From the NCBI GenBank assembly GCA_963815455.1, contig CAWFGO010000003.1, forward strand, positions 384,001 to 448,000: a stretch of DNA of 64,000 nucleotides. Direction: 5' to 3'. Under the pieces are notes generated by a model, which worked only from the letters and a program-made list of their open reading frames with translations, had not been told where the DNA came from and made no database searches. A program made the position numbers and the translations under genes. The stretch comes from an uncultured Verrucomicrobiae bacterium. GTDB taxonomy: Bacteria; Verrucomicrobiota; Verrucomicrobiia; Chthoniobacterales; UBA10450. Positions 10,885 to 21,087 of this stretch are shown here, piece by piece. Every line of letters starts with the position of its first letter. Position 1 is the first letter of the stretch.

Positions 10885-11062
10885 CGCAGAGCGCTTTTTT
10901 CATGTCAATTTTACCGTCGCTTGCATCGTAGTCTCGTAGTCCTGTGGTCAGTCGTCAGTCGTCAGTCGTCAGTAGTCCCTTCCTTCCTTGCCCCTTTGCT
11001 CTTCCCACTTCCCTTCCTTCGTTCCCTTAGTTTCCTTCTGTAAAAATCCCAATTCGCCTCGG

Positions 11063-11205
11063 TGTAGAGGCGGCCGTGCCGGCCGCTTCCGAAGAACGAA
11101 ACGGCGTCTGACACAGACGCCCTACAACAATGCAGCTCTTCTGCCTCTGATTTCTGCACGGCGATCCGTTCGACTGCTGCTCAGGGTAGGCTCCGCTGGC
11201 GCGGC
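11063..11205. repeat. Composite REP mosaic, near-duplicate of 14952-15098
   Basis: GTAGAGGCGGCCGTGCCGGCCGC..GGCGTCTGACACAGACGCCCTAC..TTCGACTGCTGCTCAGGGTAGGCT. Confidence 0.85.
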
Positions 11206-11370
11206 TTTTCGTTCCCGCAGCCTGCCGGCCGTGGCGGGTTTCCTTCTGTAAAAATCCCGCTTTTCTTCTGTAACAGGAGTTCGTCCAGTATAGGACGAAC
11301 TTGGCGCTAGAGAGGATATTGAGATTTCGCACTTTGCCTCTCTCACTGAATCAGCTAATATTCCTGGGTA

Positions 11371-11664
11371 ATGGTCAGCACGCTCAAGATCTACGACATC
11401 CTGGAGCAGGCGCAGATCGACGAGAAACACGCTCGCGCCATCACCGCCGCCATCGAGCGCGCACTGGACGAGAACAATCTCGATCAGGCGCGTGTCCTCG
11501 CGACGAAAGAGGATATCGCCAAATTGCGCGAGGAGTCGGCCAAATTGCGCGGCGAACTGATCGAGAAAATCGCCGATGCCAAGGTCGAGATCATTCGTTG
11601 GATGTTTATCTTCTGGATCGGCCTTATCCCCATCATCGCCGCGTTGATCAAGTTCATCCGCTGA
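11371..11664 (+). CDS. DUF1640/CCDC90-like coiled-coil protein with C-terminal TM
   Basis: TLKIYDILE...LATKEDI...KVEIIRWMFIFWIG pattern. Confidence 0.75.
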   Translation: MVSTLKIYDILEQAQIDEKHARAITAAIERALDENNLDQARVLATKEDIAKLREESAKLRGELIEKIADAKVEIIRWMFIFWIGLIPIIAALIKFIR

Positions 11665-11672
11665 CCCGAGCA

Positions 11673-11768
11673 TCACTGCTCAAGGAGAGAAACCAAATCG
11701 TTGAAACTAATGTTGTAGTCGGACCGGCCGGACAGTATCTGCTGCCACACTTTTTCGTGCTTCGACAC
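11673..11768 (-). pseudogene. Truncated HicA-like toxin fragment
   Basis: VSKHEKVWQQILSGRSDYNISFNDLVSLLEQ* resembles the N-terminus of HicA-family toxins; stops after 31 aa. Confidence 0.55.
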
Positions 11769-11785
11769 ACGGCAAAATCTTTTTA

Positions 11786-12035
11786 ACAGAAGGCAACGAA
11801 GGAAACAAAGAATCCACAAGCGTCGGATCGGGACCCACAAACCTGCGTTCCCGCAGTCTGCCCGGTCTGGTCGCCGCGCCTGTAGCCGCCTCGTCCGCCA
11901 CCGGACGGACTCGCCGTGGCGAGCTGTGTCGAGGCGTCCCCGGCCTCGCCTCAATCCTCTCCCCTCTTCCTGTTTTCCTGCTTTCCTGATTATTCCCGTC
12001 TCCCTCCTTCGTTCCTTAGTTTCCTTCTGTAAAAA
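11786..12035. repeat. Composite repeat copy 2, with a 103-bp REP-containing insertion
   Basis: Matches 10399-10545 except for the insert at 11862-11964. Confidence 0.85.
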
Positions 12036-12347
12036 TCCCTGCCTTTCTCCTGTAAAGCCCTTCGGTTCGCCCCCTGGCCACAAGCCGCAGGGCCCTGAGG
12101 CCCGGGGGGTTATTCACAACCCCACCGCTGGACGAGTTTACCCTGCATTCGATTACGAAGAATTGTGGGATTTTGATTGACTCTAAGGCCAAAAATTGGT
12201 GTGATATGCCCTGATTTTGTCGCCAAAAGGGTTAGGCACAAACGGACACCGATTTTACTTCATTTTTTGACCACGGATTACGCCGATTTACACGGAAACC
12301 ATTCGCCTGCCTTCACTGTGACCTCTGATCTGCCATCTGCCAAAGGA

Positions 12348-12545
12348 ATGATTCGCCACGCCGGGCCTCCGGGCGCGAAGCCCGACCCTTACGCGGCCGG
12401 CGCGCATCGGACTTTTGACGTGGTGCTCGTGGTCCTGACCGCGGTGTTGATGTTCATCGTGTTCCGCACCGGCGGAAAAACGCACGCTAACCAAAACGCC
12501 ACCGACACCGCTCGCCCGGCTCAATCTCAGCAAGTCTCCAAATAA
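12348..12545 (+). CDS. Small single-TM protein
   Basis: MIRHAG...VVLVVLTAVLMFIVFR; immediately upstream of the next gene. Confidence 0.5.
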   Translation: MIRHAGPPGAKPDPYAAGAHRTFDVVLVVLTAVLMFIVFRTGGKTHANQNATDTARPAQSQQVSK

Positions 12546-12548
12546 GCG

Positions 12549-14912
12549 ATGTCGTCCTCTACGAAACAATTTAGAAAACGAATCGCACTTTGCTGTGCGA
12601 TTGCGGCTTCGTTTTTGCCGGTAGCGAGTAATGCACAACCGGAGGATTCTCACCTGATTCAACTTGCCGTGCCCGCACCCGACGCCACTTTGGCGCTCAA
12701 TTTTGGAGAACCGATGGCAGGCCGCGGGGACGTGGACCGGGGCCAATTGGGGTGCTTCCTCTCCCAACTCGGGCGGCACGAGTTACACCGCCAATAATGA
12801 CGCGAGCTTCACGGCTAACTGGCGACTGTAACATTTGCGACGGTAATCCATCGGAAATGTGACATTGTCTAGCGGCATCACCGTCACGGTTTCTCAAGCA
12901 GGCACGATGAGCACCAATAACGTCAGTCCTGGACCTTCGACATTGGCACCGGTTCGTTGCTCACATGGACGACTCAAGGCGTTTCGAACAACAGCTCCTC
13001 GGGCTTCATCAAGAACGGCTTAGGAACATGGAATATCGGGGCACAACCCAACGCTTACACTGGTGGTTTTACGCTCAATGCTGGGACTGTGCATTGTCGA
13101 TCCGGAAACAATTCCTTCGAACGGCGGCCCAATCCTGCGAATCGACGGAGGAACCATCCAAACATGGTGGTGGACCCGGTGATTACATGCCAACTGCGTT
13201 ACGCTCGGCGGGAATTCGAAATTACAGGTACACGGAAACTCCACATTGGGCGGCGACAGTTGCCTTGGGGGCAGCTGTGCGCACGATAACAATCAGCCAA
13301 AGTCCGGTACCTATATTTTGGCGGAGTTATTTCGATGGCGGAGCGGGCGATTGGCGGCACTTGCTTTCGGCGACTGGGCACATGACGTTCTGACAGGCGC
13401 AAATACTTACACCGGCGGGACCACGGTAAACAGTGGAACGCTTGCGCTCGGCTCCAGCAGCACTGCAAGCGGCGGAGCGATTATAAACGGTCCGGTCGGT
13501 ACCGGCCTCTTGACTCTCAATGATGGTGCGGCGATACGCTCGAACGGCGCGACCGATCGAACCATCCTCAACAATGTAAGTTTGAGCGGAAACGTGACCT
13601 TGGGCAGTGCGACAAATGCCGGCGTGCTCAGATTCAACTCGGCTGGCCTGAGCGTGGCGTCTACCGTTACGCTGGCAGCCGATACCGTGCTGACGCTGAA
13701 TAGCGACGTGCGGATTGGCAACAAGATTACCGGCGTTGGGCAGGAGCCTCACCAAGATGGGTTCGGGTATGTTGGACCTCGACATCGCAAATGATTTTTC
13801 CGGAACGTTCACGGCAAGCGGAGGCGCAACGAATCTGAACGTCAATAACGCCCTGGGCTCGGTGACTTCCGTTGTGGTTAACAGTGGCGCGAACCTTTTT
13901 AGCATTGGGGACGGCTCGACGACGAATGTGATCAATGACGCCGCCGCCGTAACTATTAACGGAACTGGCAATATGGATCTGAGTGGCGGGAGCGAAACGG
14001 TCGGTTCGCTGGCCAGCTCGAGCTCCGACCGCGACGGTTGTCATCGGAGCGTTTGGCAGCAGTGCCGGCAGTTTCACCGTTGGCGACAGCTCCAATACCA
14101 CTTTTGCCGGAGTTATCAGCGGCGACCCGCTGGTAGCGGGAACCACCGTTTTCACCAAGCAAGGCGCCGGAACGCTCACCCTGTCCGGCGCGAATACTTA
14201 CACCGGCGCGACGGTGATCAACAACGGCACGCTTGCGCTTGACAATAACAACACCGCCACGCCGAGATTAGCGGGGACGACCAAGATTACGGTCAACAGC
14301 GGCGGCACGTTGCTGCTGGCCCAAAGCGGCGGCACATCCAGCAACGACCGGATTAACGACAGCGCGACCATAACGCTGAACGGCGGCAAGTTTAGCACCG
14401 GCGGGTTGAGCGAGTATTCGGGCAGCCTCGGGCCGTTACCCGGCAAGGGAAAAGGCCCGACCCCGACAAATGGACCCGTTCCTAAACCGATCGTCACCAA
14501 CGTTACCGCCGGGATTGGTGCGCTCACGCTTCAAGCGAGCTCGGTCATCGATCTGGGAAGCGGCAAAAGTATTCTGGCCTTTGCCAATAGCAGCAGCGCA
14601 ACCTGGACCTCGGGACAAGTCCTGAGCATCTGGAATTGGACGGGCAATCTCGCGGGAGGCGGTGCCGATCAGATCTATTTCGGAACGGATACGAGCGGTC
14701 TTAGCTCCGGGCAGCTGGCGCAGATCGAGTTCTTTAGCGGCGCCGGCACCGGCTCGTACGGTCTCGGTGTCGCAGCGCTTCTGGCCAACGGCGAGCTCGT
14801 GCCCATTCCCGAGCCGGGCACATGGATCGGCGGCGCGCTGGCTCTGGCCGCGGTTGGGTTCAGCCAACGGCGAAGATTCAAGCGCGCGGGCATTCGCGCT
14901 TCTGATTGCTGA
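12549..14912 (+). CDS. Autotransporter-associated beta-strand repeat protein with PEP-CTERM sorting signal (multiple frameshifts)
   Basis: Signal peptide; repeated LTGANTYTGGTTVNSGTL and KQGAGTLTLSGANTYTGATVIN; C-terminal VPIPEPGTWIGGALALAAVGFSQRRRFKR. Confidence 0.85.
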
Positions 14913-14951
14913 TTGCTGATTTCTGAATCAAATCCTTGTCAGTTTCATCCA

Positions 14952-15130
14952 GTGTAGAGGCGGCCGTGCCGGCCGCTTCCGAAGACGAGTTGGCGTCTGA
15001 CACAGACGCCCTACAAGTCATGTAGCGCCGCTGCCCTCTGATTTCTGCGCCGCGACCGATTCGACTGCCGCTCAGGGCAGGCTCGCTGCCCTGGCTACAA
15101 CTTGTCACTGGTCACTCGTCACTGGTCACT
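14952..15130. repeat. Composite REP mosaic plus GTCACT heptamer array
   Basis: Near-duplicate of 11063-11205; its tail also resembles 7535-7620. Confidence 0.85.
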
Positions 15131-15179
15131 TCTTCCATTCTCCCTTGTCACTTCGCCAGCCCGGCCTAGTTTCATTGAT

Positions 15180-15593
15180 ATGAAAATCGCAAAACTGCTT
15201 TTGATATTGCCCGCGGCCATTCTGGTGTCGGCGCCGGCATTCGCTCAGGACGACAAACCGATGGGTGGAGACAAGGGAATGAAAATGAAAGCCATGCATG
15301 AAGAGATGCAGGCCGAGATGAAAGCGATGGACGAACGGCTCGACAAATTAGTCGTCGACATGAACACCGCGGCCACGCCCGAGAAAAAACTTAATGCGGT
15401 GGTTGCCGTCGTGAACGAGATCGCGGCCCAGCACAAGAAAATGCACGGAAAAATGATGCACCGCTGGGAAGGCGGCCGTCGCCATCACGGTCCCGGCGCC
15501 GGAAAAGACGAAGACGAAAAGGCCGGGAACCGGACTACAGACTACGGGACCACTGACCACGGACAACTGACCATGGGCCCGGCGGGAAATTGA
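15180..15593 (+). CDS. Secreted Met/His-rich helical protein (possible metal binding)
   Basis: Signal peptide; GMKMKAMHEEM and HKKMHGKMMH. Confidence 0.65.
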   Translation: MKIAKLLLILPAAILVSAPAFAQDDKPMGGDKGMKMKAMHEEMQAEMKAMDERLDKLVVDMNTAATPEKKLNAVVAVVNEIAAQHKKMHGKMMHRWEGGRRHHGPGAGKDEDEKAGNRTTDYGTTDHGQLTMGPAGN

Positions 15594-15671
15594 CCGCGGA
15601 TTACGCGGATTTTCTTGATGCGGTCTGATGTAATAGCTGATAACAGATCACCGATCTGCGATTTCCGATCG

Positions 15672-16740
15672 TCGAACTGCACGGAAATTCCGCCGCGCAG
15701 ACGGTAATCGGGCACCGCTTGCAACGCGGTGTTGTCGATCGACACCGGAAGATCGACAGCGACCTCCGCGCTCCAGCGTCCCGCGCGAGGCCACGATCCG
15801 GGGCCCGACAAAAACGGAATCGATCCCGGTATCCTCGGCTTTCATCCCGCGAAACCGATCGACATCCTTGTGCTCGCCTGAAACCACGAATTGCAGACCG
15901 GCCACGGTGCCGCGATCGCGGACAAAATAATAACCCGGCCCGGCGCTCCAGGTGAGATCGTTGGCGAAATGATATTGGTGCGCCCCATCGCCGCGCAGGG
16001 TGAATTGCACGTTCGTCTCAAAAAACAGATTCCGATATCGCAGCGAGTTTTGCTCGCCGAACACGCCGTCGTAGGAACCGGTGCCGAGGGTGAGATCGTG
16101 CCCATGAATTCCGCTCTCGGGCGCGTTTATCGCGCCGAAGCCAGGCGAAGGCGGACCCGGAAGTTCCACTTCATGAAATTCTTCCTTAATTCGGCTGGAA
16201 TCGCCGGTTGGGAATTTCAATCCGGTCAGCAGCACTGACGACATCGTGAAGTCCGGCTCGTGCTCGATGGTCACGGGGTTCTTGCCTTCGAACTGCAACG
16301 ATTGCCGGGCCGAGCGACGAGTAGTGAAACAGAACGGTCTTGAGCAGGATCGACAGGTCGCCCAAACCCGCCACCGTGCCGCGATCAATGGCGAAGCCTT
16401 CCGGTCTTTTGAACTCGCGATAGATAATCGGGATATTGATCTGGAGCGCGAACCGGCTGGTCAGAGCGTAACCGGCCACGACCTGGGTGATCGAACTGTT
16501 CAAATATTGTCCGGTCGGATTGCCGACCTCGGCGCCGTCCAGTTGCAGGGTTCCGAATCGAGTGAACTGCTCGGCCACCGCGCCGTATAATCCCGGCGCC
16601 CACGGGATCAAATGCGCAGCCTCTAATTGCGACATGGCATTCAATTGCGGCGCGTAACAGCCGCACAGATCACAAGCCCGGGTGGTGACCGCGGCGCCCG
16701 CAAACAAACATAAAAGTAAAAGCAAACGTAAAATTTTCAT
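15672..16740 (-). CDS. Putative outer-membrane beta-barrel transporter with N-terminal CxxCxC (frameshifted; 3' end approximate)
   Basis: Signal peptide, CDLCGC, GLGDL, GLKFPTG, LGTGSYD, ending RGGISVQF; three ORFs join. Confidence 0.7.
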
Positions 16741-16848
16741 TGGTTCTCTGAAGATTGAGATTTAGAGGTCGGTGTGTCGCCCGCATTCAAAGAATGGGCC
16801 TTTGCAGTCGCCGCGGCGACCGCCGCTGGACTTCGGCAGCGAGCGATT

Positions 16849-16935
16849 GGTGGATCGAGCAGTCCCTTGGCCGATGTTAATTCAGGCGGCAAAGCCGCAT
16901 TATCTTACCATCGCCCGCGGAGCGGCCGATCCACC
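16849..16935. repeat. GGTGGATCG..CGATCCACC palindromic element (copies at 22939-23026 and 35037-35125)
   Basis: Three ~88-bp copies with shared inverted ends and internal hairpins. Confidence 0.8.
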
Positions 16936-16949
16936 TACAGAGCTGCAAG

Positions 16950-17327
16950 TTAGCTCATCAACCGTGGCGGAGGAACCGGCGGCGAATGCCCGGCGTGGGA
17001 AAACGAAAAATCGCGTGTCGCGTATTTGAAATCAACGAAAGAGGGCCTGAGCGAAACCGGGCGTGTCACACAAATGATATCGATTTTCGGAGTCGATGGC
17101 TGCAGATCCGATTTCTTCTCGGAATTCCTCCCCTTATTCACAATATGACAAATCGAGCAGGGATGATTGCCGTCAAAAGTCTGCGCGATCGCTTCCCGCA
17201 ACGGAGCGCGCTGGGCGTTTTGGATGAGCATGCTCGTCCAGGCGAGCGATTGCAGCGCGACCCAATGCAACCCAATCGCACAACAAAGTGCGACGATCGT
17301 GATGGCGCGGCCAATGCAGCGAAGCAC
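16950..17327 (-). CDS. DUF2946-like small protein (CxxC, C-terminal PPVPPPR)
   Basis: N-terminal hydrophobic segment, HPCSIC, Pro-rich C-terminus; upstream of the transporter. Confidence 0.7.
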   Translation of the reverse strand: MLRCIGRAITIVALCCAIGLHWVALQSLAWTSMLIQNAQRAPLREAIAQTFDGNHPCSICHIVNKGRNSEKKSDLQPSTPKIDIICVTRPVSLRPSFVDFKYATRDFSFSHAGHSPPVPPPRLMS

Positions 17328-17424
17328 GAGCCAAGGCTATTGAGGGACTGTCCGGTACGTCAAACCACCGAGGCCGGATCCAATCCAACCTCGGTGGTCA
17401 AAAATCTTCTGCGGCGTCGTCCGT

Positions 17425-18237
17425 TTAGAAGTGAAAGTTCAACCCCGCCCGAACAATGTGGCCGGTGGTCTCGCCGTCCAATCCGTATTTGACGGGGAAG
17501 ATTTTGCCACCCGGGATGCTTGGTCTGGCACGAGCGGCGTTACCAGCGGCGTTGTTAAATATATTGGCGTCGATCTCCGTGGATTGGTCCTCAAGCGAGA
17601 AATAGAGATACTCGAGCTTGATCGACCAGTGGCAGCCGAGCCTGCGCTCGATCCCGCCACCAACGGTATAGCCCCAATTAAAATCCTGCTTGTGAACGTC
17701 GAACACCTCGGGATCGGGTTCAAAGGTCGCACTGGTCTCGTAATTCACCCCGATGGCGCCACCCGTGGCGTAGAACAACCAGTTACAACCAGCCGCAACA
17801 CCAAGGCGTCCGCGAAAAGTCGCATAGAAATCGCTATCGCTTTCGGCCGGGAACCCGGAGTCATGGAACAAATGGCCGCTGCCATCCAGGTTCATGTAGC
17901 CGACATCGGATTCCGCTCCCAGAACCAGCCATCGCCACTGCCAGTTGTAACCGATTTGCCCGCCACCAACGAAGCCCGATTCCGAGTATCCAAAGGCATG
18001 AGAAAACTCGTCGCCGTTATTGGCAGTGGCTGTAAAATTGTCCTCGCTGTGACCAAACTGACCGCCAGCATGTAGTCCGAGGTAAAATCCGGTCCAATCG
18101 CAGCATGGCGGCGGCGGTGGCGGAATGACTTCTTTCATTTCCTTGCCACTCGCCATCGGTTCGGGACCGGCAAAAATAGTTAAGGCAAGCGCATTGCATG
18201 CGCAAACAGCGACGAACAGACGGGCTATGGATTTCAT
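17425..18237 (-). CDS. Outer-membrane beta-barrel (Omp25/RopB-like porin family)
   Basis: DWTGFYLGLHAG, GGGQIGYNWQ, WSIKLEYLY, terminal Phe. Confidence 0.85.
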   Translation of the reverse strand: MKSIARLFVAVCACNALALTIFAGPEPMASGKEMKEVIPPPPPPCCDWTGFYLGLHAGGQFGHSEDNFTATANNGDEFSHAFGYSESGFVGGGQIGYNWQWRWLVLGAESDVGYMNLDGSGHLFHDSGFPAESDSDFYATFRGRLGVAAGCNWLFYATGGAIGVNYETSATFEPDPEVFDVHKQDFNWGYTVGGGIERRLGCHWSIKLEYLYFSLEDQSTEIDANIFNNAAGNAARARPSIPGGKIFPVKYGLDGETTGHIVRAGLNFHF

Positions 18238-18564
18238 AAGGGCTATTTCTCAACAATACAGGCCAACCCGTCAAGCCCTAACATTTCCCGCGGGCGCTAT
18301 AATTTCCAGACAAGCAAGAGGCTCGCTTCCGTCGTCCCAAGCTGCCTCGGAGGGAAAATTTTTTACAGAAGATAACCCGCCACGGCCGGTAAACTGCGGG
18401 AACGAAGATCAGATTTCAGAGTTCAGGGGAATCGGCGTCTGACCCCGCCTTCGCCTTTGCTATGGCGGGCACGCAGACGCCTTAGAACTTTGATACATCC
18501 GCGTGATCAGCGGTCGATCACAGCGCTTCGTTTCCTTCTCCTTCTGTAAGAAATCGAGATTCGG

Positions 18565-19362
18565 CTAAAACCGGAAATTCAATCCACCGCGGATGATGTG
18601 CCCCTGGGTTTCGCCTTGGAATCGGAACCTGTCCGTGAGCCGCCCCTGCGGTGACCTTTGGTCAGGCCCCAGATTCATTCTCTCATTGTCGAGACCGCTG
18701 AAGGACTGTTCGTCGAGAGTGAACCAGAGGTATTCCAGTTTGATCGACCAATGCCGGCCGAGCTGGCGCTCGATCCCGCCACCCACGGTGGGGCCCCAGT
18801 TGAAATCCTGCCTGGAAGCCTCGACGCCGCCGCCGATCTCCTCCTGGGCGACAAACCGGGTGTCGTAATTCACACCAATGACCCCGGCGGTGGCATAGAG
18901 CAACCAGCACCCATGCCAATCCAGCGCGTAACCGATTCGTCCCCGCAGAGTCAGATAGAAATCGCTGTCGGTTTCACCATGGGCCACACCCGGGGGACCA
19001 AGAGACTGGGGCTCTTCCCCGCGGCCATCCAGATTCATATAACCGAGATCCAGTTCGGGCCCGAGCACGATCCGGCCGAATTGAAAATTGTAGCCCACCT
19101 GGCCCCCGCCGACGAAACCCGACTCGCTGTAACCGAAATGATGGTGGGCAAAGAAATAATACTCATCGAGATCGTTCGTCTGGCTGTGGCCAAACTGGCC
19201 CCCGGCATGCAGACCGATGTAAATCCCCGACCAGTCGCAAGCCGGAGGCGGTGGCGGCGGCGCAACTTCCTTGGACGGGATCGGCTGGGGACCGGCGGTG
19301 ACGATCGCTACCAGTCCAGTGCACGCGAACAAAGTGATGAGAAAACGGCTCAGGGCGTTCAT
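18565..19362 (-). CDS. Outer-membrane beta-barrel paralog
   Basis: DWSGIYIGLHAG, GGGQVGYNFQ, WSIKLEYLW, terminal Phe. Confidence 0.85.
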   Translation of the reverse strand: MNALSRFLITLFACTGLVAIVTAGPQPIPSKEVAPPPPPPACDWSGIYIGLHAGGQFGHSQTNDLDEYYFFAHHHFGYSESGFVGGGQVGYNFQFGRIVLGPELDLGYMNLDGRGEEPQSLGPPGVAHGETDSDFYLTLRGRIGYALDWHGCWLLYATAGVIGVNYDTRFVAQEEIGGGVEASRQDFNWGPTVGGGIERQLGRHWSIKLEYLWFTLDEQSFSGLDNERMNLGPDQRSPQGRLTDRFRFQGETQGHIIRGGLNFRF

Positions 19363-19533
19363 GCCGCCATGTTCTTCAAAACGTCCCCTGGGCGCAAGCT
19401 CTTTGTTAACGGCCGTCCCACTGTAGAGTCCGCTGTCCTCAGCGGACTGTTGTCGTGGCATCGGCTTCCAGCCGATGTCGATGGGCTCGCCAGGGCGAGT
19501 CTGTCCGTTGGCGGACAAGATGCCAATGGCACT

Positions 19534-21087
19534 TTAATGCGGCACGAAGCTGCCGCTTCCTTCGTCCAGATACGTTGTCGATCCCACGCGTGAGATCTTG
19601 AGCGTTTGCCGCCACTTCCCCGAAGGAAATTCCCGCCCGGCGTCGATCGTCGTCGTTTCCGCTTTCAATTGCCCGAGGCTGCTTCCACTCATTGCTTCGG
19701 ACAAAATCCGGCCATCCAATTGCCTGGGCAGGGCAATCCCGAGTATGCGCAGAATCGTCGGGGCAAGATCGACATTGCCACTTGGTAAATCGTCCGCCTG
19801 CCCGCGCTGAAAATCCGGGCCGGCGGCGATGAGTGTGTTGTGCATGTCGAACCGGCCAAGCGTGGCGTGTGTCCCCTTCCCCGCTCTGCGCTGCCAATCG
19901 GCATCGATCATTCCGGGCACTCCGAATTGATTCTTCCTTTCGTTCCAACGAAAACTCATCACCACGTCCGGCACCTGTTCGCCAGCGATCCCGGCCTGCT
20001 CGCAACCGAACGTGCCGTCCATCGGTGTTTTTGTAAAAATGACTCCGGCGAAATCCGATTGCTGCAAAGTTTCGACCAGCCGGCTCGTAATCGCCGGGTC
20101 GTGTTTCATTACATAGAACAAAACTGTGCCGCCGTTTCCAACGAGCATGATCTGGCCGGGCTTGGGCTCCGCCGCAAATTCGGTCACGGCATCAAATCCG
20201 GCGTCTTTCAAAATTTTCCGAAGATCGACTGACCGCTCGATCGTGGAAAAACCGTGATCGGAGACAACGAAAATGTCGGTGGTCGATGTTGCCTGATGCC
20301 GATCGAGCGCAGCCAGGACGCGACCGAGGTTTGTGTCGCTCGCTTTCATCGCCGCGATGGCCTCTTTGGAACCGGGAGCCGTCTTGTGTTCGGTGTCATC
20401 CGGCTCGCTCAACCACAACAGCGAAAATGCCGGCACTTGATCGCGCCAGAGAAAATCGGTCAACGCTTTCGTGGTCCATGCGTCGCGATCGGCCGCTGCT
20501 CTGGCCGACGGAAACGGGCCAAGCCCAGCCACCATCGGCGCCAGCGCGGTGGACGAAAAAGATTGACCGCCGAAAAGGGTCAGGCCGTTTTGATCGACAT
20601 GTCGATCCTGCAACAGCCCAATGCCCTTGGCCGCCGCGATCGCGGTGTGACGGCCGGCCTTTCGCACAAGTTCGGTGATCGTCGGCACCGCCACGTAATT
20701 GCCGCCAGAAAGTTCGTCGCCCTTCTGAATAACTCGCGAATTTTCGGTGTCGATCGCTTTCCGGCTGTCAATCTCCGGCCGGTATTCGTGATTGGCGATG
20801 ATGCCGTTGCGTCCCGGATAAACGCCAGTGGCCATCGCGACACCATTAACCTCGGTCGAGGATGGATAGGTCGCGTGATGATTGCGAAACACCACGCCCG
20901 CTTTCGCCAGTTTCCAAAGCGCCGGGGTGTTTTCCTCGGTCACGAAATCGGGACGCATGCCGTCCCACACGATCAACACGACATGCCGATCCGGTTTGGC
21001 TGCATCCGCAGCGACTGCGACCGTCTGCGCACAAGAAACCAGCGCCGCCACCAGACAGAATGTGCGATATTGGCGAACCATTTTCAT
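19534..21087 (-). CDS. Alkaline phosphatase superfamily (nucleotide pyrophosphatase/phosphodiesterase)
   Basis: WDGMRPD, YPSSTEVN, EPDDTEH, VSDHGF, NVDLAPT. Confidence 0.85.
   Translation of the reverse strand: MKMVRQYRTFCLVAALVSCAQTVAVAADAAKPDRHVVLIVWDGMRPDFVTEENTPALWKLAKAGVVFRNHHATYPSSTEVNGVAMATGVYPGRNGIIANHEYRPEIDSRKAIDTENSRVIQKGDELSGGNYVAVPTITELVRKAGRHTAIAAAKGIGLLQDRHVDQNGLTLFGGQSFSSTALAPMVAGLGPFPSARAAADRDAWTTKALTDFLWRDQVPAFSLLWLSEPDDTEHKTAPGSKEAIAAMKASDTNLGRVLAALDRHQATSTTDIFVVSDHGFSTIERSVDLRKILKDAGFDAVTEFAAEPKPGQIMLVGNGGTVLFYVMKHDPAITSRLVETLQQSDFAGVIFTKTPMDGTFGCEQAGIAGEQVPDVVMSFRWNERKNQFGVPGMIDADWQRRAGKGTHATLGRFDMHNTLIAAGPDFQRGQADDLPSGNVDLAPTILRILGIALPRQLDGRILSEAMSGSSLGQLKAETTTIDAGREFPSGKWRQTLKISRVGSTTYLDEGSGSFVPH

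Noticed and set aside
10399..12035. CRISPR array or integron attC array
   Set aside because: No regularly spaced identical repeats with unique spacers, no cas or intI gene, and no clear attC core sites.
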